From: an uncultured Alphaproteobacteria bacterium
GTDB lineage: Bacteria > Pseudomonadota > Alphaproteobacteria > Sphingomonadales > Sphingomonadaceae
Length of the DNA: 64,000 nucleotides
Direction: 5' to 3'
Assembly: GCA_963781355.1 (NCBI GenBank)
Contig: CAWAFP010000009.1
Span: forward strand, 20,866-84,865
Shown: positions 33,180 through 40,710 of the stretch, piece after piece
How positions within the stretch are numbered: position 1 is the first letter of the stretch
Layout: every line of letters begins with the position of its first letter
Translations under genes and position numbers: made by a program
Notes under the pieces: model-generated
The model's database searches: none
Seen by the model: the letters and a program-made list of their open reading frames with translations, nothing else
Told to the model about the DNA's origin: nothing

Positions 33180-33195
33180 TGGCACGGCGGTTGCA
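33180..33195 (+). promoter_or_regulatory. sigma54 (-24/-12) promoter of the psp operon
   Basis: TGGCACGGCGGTTGCA, full match to TGGCAC-N5-TTGCW. Confidence 0.9.
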
Positions 33196-33237
33196 AAATA
33201 CCGAGCAACACCACGCATACCACTTGGGAGGCTCACT

Positions 33238-33435
33238 ATGATCGACCGCAACGCCGCAAACGCCCGTTCCTCGGACAGCTTCTGGAACACGAAGCTCGGT
33301 CAGGCAGCAATGGCCAGCATCGCCGCGATGGTGATGATGATCGCGCTGTCGTCGCAGATCCAGCCCAGCGCCGCCCATGCCGCTCCGATCGCTCACCCCG
33401 CTGCCGAATCCGGCGCGATGATCGAGATCGCATAA
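33238..33435 (+). CDS. 65-aa single-TM protein, first gene of the psp transcript
   Basis: RBS GGGAGG; MIDRNAANARSSDSFWNTKLGQAAMASIAAMVMMIALSS... Confidence 0.75.
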   Translation: MIDRNAANARSSDSFWNTKLGQAAMASIAAMVMMIALSSQIQPSAAHAAPIAHPAAESGAMIEIA

Positions 33436-33724
33436 GGTGGGCGACCCCTTTGACCCCCTCGGGCCGGAACGCCCCATGCAGGATGTCCCCCCTGCCGATG
33501 CTGACCGCACCGCGAAGCCCACTCGCGCTGCCTTCGACAGCGATGTTCCGGCCCAACCCTCCCGCCTGCTTTCGGCCACGCGTCTGTCGCGGCTTGATGA
33601 GGAAATCGAAGCCTTGCGCCGCAGCCCCACCCCGACGCAATCTCGCCGGGCAACTGCCGACCAGGAGCACGACCGAGTCGCTCCCCTGGACCGGGTCAAT
33701 TCGTTTCTCGATGGAGTAGCCTTC

Positions 33725-34411
33725 ATGGGCATTTTCAGCCGCACTCGCGACATTATTGCCGCCAATTTCAACGACATGCTTGACAAGGCGGATGACCCGT
33801 CGAAGATGATCCGCATGATCATCCTCGAAATGGAGGAAACCCTGGTCGAAGTCCGCGCCAGCGCGGCGCGCACCATTGCCGACCAGAAGGAAATGCACCG
33901 CCACTGCATGAAGCTCGACCGGCTCCAGGCCGACTGGGGCGAGAAAGCGCAGCTGGCGCTGAGCAAAGACCGCGAAGACCTCGCCCGCGCCGCTCTGGTC
34001 GAAAGGAAGAAGGCCGGCGACATGGCCGACCAGCTCAAGAGCGAAATCGCCGTCCTCGACGACGCCCTGCGCGCCTACGAGGAAGATATCGCCAAGCTGC
34101 AGCACCGTCTGCGTGAAGCCCGCAGCCGCCAGACCGCGATCGCCGCGCGCCTCGAAAGCGCCGAGAACCGCGTCAAGCTGCGCACGCTGATGAGCACCGA
34201 ACGCACCGATGAAGCGCTCGCCCGCTTCGACCAGTTGGAACGCCGGGTCGATTACGCCGAAGGCCGCGCCGACGCGCTGCGGATCGCCGAGGACGGCCCG
34301 CCGAGCCTTGCCGATGAAATTGCCGCCCTCGCCGGGTCGGACGCGATTGATGACGAACTGGCCGCGATGAAGAAAGCGCTTGGCAAAACCGACGACAGCA
34401 AGGGGGAATAA
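33725..34411 (+). CDS. pspA: Phage shock protein A (possible 96-aa in-frame extension from GTG 33437)
   Basis: MGIFSRTRDII.AN.N.MLDKA.DP.KMIR.II.EMEETL; RBS GGAG. Confidence 0.96.
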   Translation: MGIFSRTRDIIAANFNDMLDKADDPSKMIRMIILEMEETLVEVRASAARTIADQKEMHRHCMKLDRLQADWGEKAQLALSKDREDLARAALVERKKAGDMADQLKSEIAVLDDALRAYEEDIAKLQHRLREARSRQTAIAARLESAENRVKLRTLMSTERTDEALARFDQLERRVDYAEGRADALRIAEDGPPSLADEIAALAGSDAIDDELAAMKKALGKTDDSKGE

Positions 34412-34414
34412 GTC

Positions 34415-34720
34415 ATGGATTTCGAAGTCATTCTTGTCGTCGCAATGCTGTTCATCGGTCTGCCCTGGGTCATTCTGCATTACATGACCAAGTGGAAGAC
34501 TGCCGCCACGATCACCGTTGATGACGAAGTGCTGCTGGAGGAACTCTACAACCTCGCCAAGCGGCTCGATGAACGGATGGACACGGTCGAACGTCTCGTC
34601 GCCAGCGACGACCCCGGTTTCACCCCCGCCCGCCGCCTGATCGCCGATCAGGAACAAGACAACCAGCAACTGCGCGAATTGGAAGCGCTGATCGCCGAGA
34701 AGAAGGGAACCCGCGCATGA
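34415..34720 (+). CDS. pspB: Phage shock protein B
   Basis: LPWVILHY TM segment, RL.ERM..VE.L coiled coil. Confidence 0.92.
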   Translation: MDFEVILVVAMLFIGLPWVILHYMTKWKTAATITVDDEVLLEELYNLAKRLDERMDTVERLVASDDPGFTPARRLIADQEQDNQQLRELEALIAEKKGTRA

Positions 34721-35094
34721 ACAGCCCCCGCACCACGCTCTACCGTGACAAGCACAATGCCAAGCTGATGGGCGTGTGCTCCGGCATCGCCGACTACACC
34801 GGGGTGAACGTCTTCTGGGTCCGTATGGCCGCGTTCTTCTCGATGTTCATCACCGGCGGCTGGTCGATCCTCGCCTATTTCGTGGCGGGCTTCATCCTCA
34901 ACAAGAAGCCGCCGCACCTCTACCGCGACGAAAGCGAGCAGAAGTACTGGCAGTCCGTGCGCCAGAGCCCGAAGCGCACCGCCCGCGAAATCCGCGCTGC
35001 GTTCCGTGACGTCGACCGGCGGCTGGCCGCAGTGGAAACCCACTATGTCAGCAGCAACCCGCGCCTGACCGCCGAGATCGAGCGGCTGCGCTAA
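34717..35094 (+). CDS. pspC: Phage shock protein C
   Basis: LYRDK.NAKLMGVCSGIADY.GV PspC domain. Confidence 0.94.
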   Translation: MNSPRTTLYRDKHNAKLMGVCSGIADYTGVNVFWVRMAAFFSMFITGGWSILAYFVAGFILNKKPPHLYRDESEQKYWQSVRQSPKRTAREIRAAFRDVDRRLAAVETHYVSSNPRLTAEIERLR

Positions 35095-35125
35095 GCCCGA
35101 ACTCACGCAAGGGGGACCGAAGAAT

Positions 35126-35437
35126 ATGGAAGGTTATCTTGCCTTGATGATCCCGATCATCGCGATGATGATCCCGATCGTCGCCATCTGGACCAAGCAT
35201 CAACAGAAGCTGGCGGAGATGCAGATTGGCTCCACCGCCGAACAGACCGCCGAGAAGGCTGCGCAATATGCGACCCATATCCAGCGGCTGGAAGACCGGG
35301 TGCAAGTGCTCGAACGCATCGTCACCGATCGTGGCTACGACATCGCCACCCAGATCGAAGCCCTGCGCGACCAGCGCCGGGTGGATGAGGGCGGCGCGGG
35401 CGTGCCGCTCGGCCTCGAGAAGAAGGAGCGCGTGTGA
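35126..35437 (+). CDS. PspB/PspC-like paralogue 1 (TM + coiled coil)
   Basis: N-terminal TM; LEDRVQVLERIVTDRGYDIATQIEALR. Confidence 0.85.
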   Translation: MEGYLALMIPIIAMMIPIVAIWTKHQQKLAEMQIGSTAEQTAEKAAQYATHIQRLEDRVQVLERIVTDRGYDIATQIEALRDQRRVDEGGAGVPLGLEKKERV

Positions 35438-35790
35438 TGCCGCATGATCCGAGCTTCATCGTCGCCATCGTGATGATCTGCACCGGCGGCTGGCTGATCA
35501 ACAACTGGATCCGCGCCAAGCACGGCTATGCCCTCGAAGACGAATGGGGCGGCAAGACCGAACGCAAAGAAACCGCAGAATCGCGGGCCGAGACGGAACG
35601 GCTGAAGGCCGAAAACCGCGAACTGCACGGCAAGGTCGAAGCGATGCAGGACCGGCTGGTCGTGCTGGAAAAGATTGTCACCGACCGTGGCTACACGCTC
35701 GCCCAGGAAATCGAAGCGCTGCGCGAAGTGCGGACTGAGGACCACGGCACGGGCGTCCCGCTCGGTATTGCGAAGAAGGAGCGCGTGTAA
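35437..35790 (+). CDS. PspB/PspC-like paralogue 2
   Basis: TM; IRAKHGYALEDEWG; MQDRLVVLEKIVTDRGYTLAQEIEALR. Confidence 0.85.
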   Translation: MPHDPSFIVAIVMICTGGWLINNWIRAKHGYALEDEWGGKTERKETAESRAETERLKAENRELHGKVEAMQDRLVVLEKIVTDRGYTLAQEIEALREVRTEDHGTGVPLGIAKKERV

Positions 35791-36149
35791 TGGAGAATTT
35801 CGACGCTTTTCTCCCGTATCTCGGCTGGATCATCGGCGGCGGCTTCACGCTCGGCGCGCTCGGGATTCTGGCCTCGTTCCAGACCACCCGCATGAAGATC
35901 AAGAACGGTTATCCGCTTGAAGGCATGTGGGGCCAGTCACTGAAACCCGGCTCGGACAAGGAGACCGCACACCGCGTCACCCTGCTGACCCAGGAAAACG
36001 CCGAACTGCGCGCTGAACTCGGTGCGATGAAGGACCGGCTGGTCAATGTCGAACGGATCGTGACCGACGGCGGCTACCACCTCGGTGCGGAAATCGATGC
36101 GCTGCGGGATCGCGCCCTGTCCGGTCTCAAGGACAAGGGGGAAGCGTGA
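35790..36149 (+). CDS. PspB/PspC-like paralogue 3
   Basis: TM; KIKNGYPLEGMWG; MKDRLVNVERIVTDGGYHLGAEIDALR. Confidence 0.85.
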   Translation: MENFDAFLPYLGWIIGGGFTLGALGILASFQTTRMKIKNGYPLEGMWGQSLKPGSDKETAHRVTLLTQENAELRAELGAMKDRLVNVERIVTDGGYHLGAEIDALRDRALSGLKDKGEA

Positions 36150-36463
36150 TGGCCGAAATGGTTCTGATAGCGATGACCATCGTCGCGATCGTCCTGATCA
36201 CGGGCATGACGCTGAACGGCATCGTCGACAAGGTGATGCAGGGCAAGCGCCTGCGCCATGACGCTCGGCCTCCAGCCGACCCGCACACCCCCGGCGTCCG
36301 CGAGATCGCTGAACGCCAGCAGATGATCGAAGACCGTCTGCGCGTGCTGGAACGGATCGCCACTGACCGGGGCAGCCTGCTGGCTGACGAGATCGAAGCG
36401 CTGCGCCGCGATACCCTCTCGCTGGCCCCCGCACAGCGCCAGACTGAGAATGTCGCATCATGA
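36149..36463 (+). CDS. PspB/PspC-like paralogue 4
   Basis: TM; IEDRLRVLERIATDRGSLLADEIEALR. Confidence 0.85.
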   Translation: MAEMVLIAMTIVAIVLITGMTLNGIVDKVMQGKRLRHDARPPADPHTPGVREIAERQQMIEDRLRVLERIATDRGSLLADEIEALRRDTLSLAPAQRQTENVAS

Positions 36464-36771
36464 GCAGTTGGGCAATCGTCGCGCTGGTCGCAATTGTGAT
36501 CTGGGGGATCGTCGAATCGATCCGGGCCCGGGCTGGCATCATCACCGACGAGGACGGCAACCAGAAGGTCGTGGCCCGCGAAGATGGCCGCAGCCTGGCC
36601 GAAATCGAAGCCGCACGGCGCGAGGTGAGCGAGCTCAAGGAACGGGTGAAGGTGCTCGAACGCATCGTCACCGACAGCAACACCGGCGATGCGCGCGTGA
36701 CGGCGCAGATCGCTGCCGAAATCGAAGCGCTGCGGGCCCTACCGCAGGCGAAGGAGGAACAGCGCAAATGA
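36460..36771 (+). CDS. PspB/PspC-like paralogue 5
   Basis: TM; LKERVKVLERIVTD...IAAEIEALR. Confidence 0.85.
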   Translation: MSSWAIVALVAIVIWGIVESIRARAGIITDEDGNQKVVAREDGRSLAEIEAARREVSELKERVKVLERIVTDSNTGDARVTAQIAAEIEALRALPQAKEEQRK

Positions 36772-37019
36772 TCACTCCGCTTCTCGACCCTTCCGTGATC
36801 ACCGCCACGTCCGGCCTGATCGCGATCATCGTCATCGCCGCCGCGCTGCTGCGTGGCTGGCAGGGCTGGCTTGACCTCAAGCGGCAGGAGCTGGACCGCA
36901 ACGCCCACCACCCTGCGGCTGCGGACGGTTCCAGCATCGGCACCGCCCGGATCGAACTGGCCGATCTCAAGGAGCGCATCCGCAAGCTGGAAGCCATCGC
37001 CAGCGGGGTCGAACTGTGA
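36768..37019 (+). CDS. PspB-like paralogue 6 (83 aa)
   Basis: ATGA overlap; TM; LADLKERIRKLEAIASGVEL. Lies within track ORF 36450-37019. Confidence 0.85.
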   Translation: MITPLLDPSVITATSGLIAIIVIAAALLRGWQGWLDLKRQELDRNAHHPAAADGSSIGTARIELADLKERIRKLEAIASGVEL

Positions 37020-37192
37020 GCACAGCCCGCAACACTGCGACGCAGGCGGGTATCGGTCTCGGCACAGCGATTGCAGTGGCGATCAGCTGGAGCGTCAACC
37101 AGTCGATCATCTGGGCGATCGTCCACGGCTTCTTCAGCTGGTTCTATGTGATCTACTATGCCCTCACCCGGCCCGGGGGGCTGAGCGGGTAA
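37016..37192 (+). CDS. 58-aa hydrophobic microprotein, last gene of the psp array
   Basis: Translated by hand: MSTARNTATQAGIGLGTAIAVAISWSVNQSIIWAIVHGFFSWFYVIYYALTRPGGLSG; GTGA overlap. Confidence 0.75.
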   Translation: MSTARNTATQAGIGLGTAIAVAISWSVNQSIIWAIVHGFFSWFYVIYYALTRPGGLSG

Positions 37193-37218
37193 TTGCTCGG
37201 AACTGCCTCCTCCCAACC

Positions 37219-37310
37219 CCGTTCATGCTGAGCTTGTCGAAGCATCGCCCTTTCTTCTAGGGCAATTGCGCAAGAGTAGAGCAGCCCTTCGACAGGCTCA
37301 GGGCGAACGG
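37219..37310. repeat. REP-like palindromic element, family B
   Basis: CCGTTCATGCTGAGCTTGTCGAAGC ... CCCTTCGACAGGCTCAGGGCGAACGG inverted ends. Confidence 0.82.
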
Positions 37311-37319
37311 AGTTAGTAA

Positions 37320-37740
37320 TTGCGCACCCTTTCCGATATTCTCGAGGAGTATGAATTCCTCGAAGGCGACGAGCGTTACGGCCTGCTGATCGAGCTTGGC
37401 CGCGCGCTCGAACCCATGCCTGATGCGCTCAAGACTGATGCGACACTGGTGCGCGGGTGTTCGGCGGCGGTGTGGGTCTATCCCGCCTCGCAGGAGGAGC
37501 AGAAGCTGCATTTCCTCGCCGACAGCAATGCCGCGATCACCAAGGGCATTGTCGCACTGGTGATCGCCGCCGTGCAGGACAGGCCCGCCGCCGAGGTCGC
37601 GCAGATGGACGTGATGGGCGCGCTCGCCCCGTTCGATCTCAAGAGCCAGCTATCGAGCAACCGCACCCAAGGCGTGCCGAACATGATCGCGCTGGTGAAG
37701 GAACATGCCGCGCGGCTGGCGGGGCGGGATGCGCAGTTGT
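37320..37740 (+). CDS. sufE: SufE-family Fe-S sulfur acceptor; 3' end uncertain (ORF reads on to 37976)
   Basis: Y.LLIELGR.L, VRGCSAAVW, DSNAAITKGIVAL, LSSNRTQG; similarity ends near 37725. Confidence 0.88.
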
Positions 37741-37884
37741 CACGCGTGACGATGGTCAGGGCTGCGGCCTGCCGTCACGCGAGTCTCACGGTGGGAGTCA
37801 GCGGCGATGGGGGCGGGGGTCATCCCTCGCCAGCGTGTCGCGGTCACGTCCCCGGACCGCTGAGAACTGGCGAGGCGGAGCGCC

Positions 37885-38421
37885 CTAGAGGTTGCGGCCC
37901 ACTGTCTCGAAGCCGTCACCGCCCGCGCCGACGCTGTCACGCACCACCGCCAGCCCTGCTTCCTTCTGCGCCTTGAGCTCGGCCTTCAGCTTGGCCGGAT
38001 CGCGCGCGAAGACGAAGCCGAAGCTCACCCCGCCCTCTTTCCCGATCGTGGCGTGGTGGAGCTTGTGCGCCTGCACCAGCCGCTTGGCGTAACCCTTGCG
38101 CGGCACCCACTTCCAGTAGCGCTGGTGGACCAGGCCATCGTGAACCAGCGTGTAGATCACTCCGTAAAGCGTGATCCCGACCGCAAACCACCACAGCCAA
38201 TCCCAGTAGAGCGAGCCGTAGATATACATCGCAGCGTTGATCGTGCCGAACACCACCGCGAACAAATCATTCTTCTCCAGCACATTGTCATGCGGCTCGT
38301 GATGGTCGCGGTGCCAGCCCCAGCCCCACCCGTGCATGATATACTTGTGCGCAACCCACGCGAACAGCTCCATGCCGATCAGCGAGGACATCACGGTCAG
38401 GAAAATTGCGAGCCAGCTCAT
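37885..38421 (-). CDS. crtZ: Beta-carotene hydroxylase
   Basis: HKYIMHGWGWGWHRDHH, EKND, HDGLVHQR, AHKLHH, SFGF. Confidence 0.96.
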   Translation of the reverse strand: MSWLAIFLTVMSSLIGMELFAWVAHKYIMHGWGWGWHRDHHEPHDNVLEKNDLFAVVFGTINAAMYIYGSLYWDWLWWFAVGITLYGVIYTLVHDGLVHQRYWKWVPRKGYAKRLVQAHKLHHATIGKEGGVSFGFVFARDPAKLKAELKAQKEAGLAVVRDSVGAGGDGFETVGRNL

Positions 38422-39215
38422 GCAGGCACCTTCTCAATCAATTCAACGCGACCCACCCCGGCCCGGCGCGCACGCGGCAGCGCCCACCACGGCACATCGG
38501 GGCGGCGGTGGTGTTCGAGATGATAGCCGAAATGGAAGCACGAGGCGAGGCTCGCCAGCGTACCGAAATCCTCGCTGCGGGTGTTGTGGCGGTCAGCGAA
38601 GTCCGTCGCATCCTCGACAGGCGCGTGGCGGTGCGGGCGGAAGGTGCCGAAGTAGAACAGCTGGAGCGATGATCCCAGCGCAGGCAGTCCATAGAGCAGC
38701 ACGATCTGCACCATCGGAATATCCAGCACCAGCCAGTAGATGCCGACCACGGTGTGCACAAACAGGATCGAGCGCCAGCCGAAATAGCGCCGGAAGAAGG
38801 TGCCGTACCAGCGCAGGAAATTGCCCGGATTGTGCTCGTCGAAATCGGGATCGCCCGGACGGCCGGCCAGCTTGTGATGATCGAAATGCGCATCGCGCAG
38901 CTGCTTCCATGCGAACCCCGCATACAGCGCCAGCAGCACCGCGCCGATTGCTCCGTTGATGCGCGGCTGACCGGGCACCAGCGTCCCGTGCATCGCATCA
39001 TGGCAGACAATGAACACGCCGACCGAAAGCCAGCACTGCACTGCTGCGAGCCCCAGCGCGAAAGGCCAGTTGCTCCAGGTCAATTCGAAAACGAACATAC
39101 CGTAAGCGTGGATGCCCAGCCAGCTCCCGGCTATCGCTAGCGCCAGCGCAAGGCCGATGGCGCTCTGCAAGGTTCGCTTGGGCAGCGTGAAGCCGGGGGC
39201 AAATTGCGGGTTCAT
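38418..39215 (-). CDS. crtW: Beta-carotene ketolase
   Basis: His boxes HDAMH, HFDHH, HLEHH; GDPDF, LFYFGTF.PH, CFHFGYH. Confidence 0.95.
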   Translation of the reverse strand: MNPQFAPGFTLPKRTLQSAIGLALALAIAGSWLGIHAYGMFVFELTWSNWPFALGLAAVQCWLSVGVFIVCHDAMHGTLVPGQPRINGAIGAVLLALYAGFAWKQLRDAHFDHHKLAGRPGDPDFDEHNPGNFLRWYGTFFRRYFGWRSILFVHTVVGIYWLVLDIPMVQIVLLYGLPALGSSLQLFYFGTFRPHRHAPVEDATDFADRHNTRSEDFGTLASLASCFHFGYHLEHHRRPDVPWWALPRARRAGVGRVELIEKVPA

Positions 39216-39371
39216 CGAACGAAGGATACGCACGGGCAAGCCATGCAGATGCGTATAGACCGCGCGGCCCCTAAGGCAATTGCGTTTGCGCGAAGGTTCA
39301 TCGCGCGAGACAAAACGCCGGCGCCCCTTTGGGACACCGGCGCATTGGTCGCAAAGTTTGGCTGCTCAGTC

Positions 39372-39626
39372 CTACCGTCGCCGGACCAGATTGAGGACCG
39401 CCAGCAGAATGATCGATCCCAGCAGCGAAACGGCTATCGCGCTCAGGCTGAGATCGCCGCTGAGGATGTTACCGCCGCCGATCAAGGGATTGAGAAGAAA
39501 TCCGGCGAGCAGCGCGCCCACAATTCCCACGACAACATTCATCAGAATACCGCCGCCGCCGCCGACCAACATGCTGGCGACCCAGCCGATCAAACCGCCG
39601 ACGATCAAAAGGATTATCAAGTTCAT
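39372..39626 (-). CDS. GlsB/YeaQ/YmgE-family stress membrane protein
   Basis: LIVGGLIGWVAS, NVVVGIVGALL, GSIILL. Confidence 0.9.
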   Translation of the reverse strand: MNLIILLIVGGLIGWVASMLVGGGGGILMNVVVGIVGALLAGFLLNPLIGGGNILSGDLSLSAIAVSLLGSIILLAVLNLVRRR

Positions 39627-39766
39627 TTCAGTTTTTCCAATCTGTACCATGACGGCGGAATGTCAGCGTCGCTTGGTCGATCCTATTGGCCAAGTCTGGC
39701 GCGCCGGGGCCGCCAGTGACATCCATTCTGCCGACAAATGAGCCGCTCAGAGATTGAGCGCTGCGC

Positions 39767-40048
39767 TCAATTCGTGACCTTATCGACGGCCTCTTCAGCC
39801 GCTGCGCCGACTTGCTCGGCAGCATCGCCGACCTGTTGAGCGGCTTCGCCAACGGCAGCGTCCTTGGACGCTTCGGAGTTGCTCATCTGCGAGAATACAA
39901 ACAGCGCCGCTACGGCGATCAGAACCAACACGATCAACCCGACCCACTTGGTGCCGCCGCCAGAACTTGGCCGGTCGGAGACGATTGTCGTGGTTGTGTG
40001 AGTGTTGCCTTCAGGCGTGCGCGTTTCAGTGATGCGTTCTTCGGTCAT
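39767..40048 (-). CDS. Hypothetical single-TM protein with DAAxxVG repeats
   Basis: THTTTTIV N-terminus, TM, AVGEAAQQVGDAAEQVG. Confidence 0.75.
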   Translation of the reverse strand: MTEERITETRTPEGNTHTTTTIVSDRPSSGGGTKWVGLIVLVLIAVAALFVFSQMSNSEASKDAAVGEAAQQVGDAAEQVGAAAEEAVDKVTN

Positions 40049-40165
40049 CTCGTTTTCCTAACTGGTAACACGCAATCACCCACGGACATTGCTGCCCGAA
40101 TTGCAACATCACTTGTTAGGAACCGAACGTAATTAGCGCGACCAACGGGCGCGCCTTCCGCGCGC

Positions 40166-40582
40166 TCACTCCCCTTTGGGGAAGAAGAATTCGCGCAGAT
40201 GTTCGCCGATGCGCGCGGGGCGCAGGGTTTCGGCATCGATGCAGCACCAGCTCGATTGCACTTCGGCCAGCACCTCTTCGCCGCGCTTGATCAGCGTGGA
40301 GTAGAATGCGCGGGCGCCGTTGAAGCGTTCGAGCACGGTCTGCGCGATCACGTCATCTTCAAGGAAGGCGGGTTTGCGATAGGTGATCTCGTGCTTGAGC
40401 GCGACCCACGCCTTGGTCGCCACATCCTCAGCCGGAGCAATCCCGCGCCAATGCGCCAGCACCGCGTCCTGCACCCAGTTGAGGTAGCGGGCGTTGTTGA
40501 CGTGGCCCATGAAGTCGATGTCACCCGGCTGGACGATGATCGGGTGAAGAAAGGCCACGGCGGGGGATTCGTTTGCTGACAT
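40166..40582 (-). CDS. Acyl-CoA thioesterase (4HBT-like)
   Basis: DIDFMGHVNNARY. Confidence 0.92.
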   Translation of the reverse strand: MSANESPAVAFLHPIIVQPGDIDFMGHVNNARYLNWVQDAVLAHWRGIAPAEDVATKAWVALKHEITYRKPAFLEDDVIAQTVLERFNGARAFYSTLIKRGEEVLAEVQSSWCCIDAETLRPARIGEHLREFFFPKGE

Positions 40583-40710
40583 GGCTGTAAGCTAGCGCAA
40601 GATTATGACAATTTCCACCAAGGCGTGTCGATGAATTGCCGCAATCTTGCCACGGCTCGGCAATCGTGACTATTGGGCCGCACTCTCACCCCCGAATAAT
40701 GGACCCGATC

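Noticed and set aside
35400-35790. KKERV C-terminal tails as a functional peptide motif
   Set aside because: AAGAAGGAG doubles as the Shine-Dalgarno site of the next coupled gene, which explains the K/E-rich tails without a protein function.
35126-36771. Periodic nucleotide similarity resembling a repeat or CRISPR array
   Set aside because: The repeats are the coding motif of paralogous proteins, diverged at synonymous sites; no constant repeat/spacer structure and no cas genes.
40085-40135. Possible general-stress (EcfG) promoter for the 39767-40048 gene
   Set aside because: The GGAAC is on the wrong strand and the minus-strand match is too weak to support.
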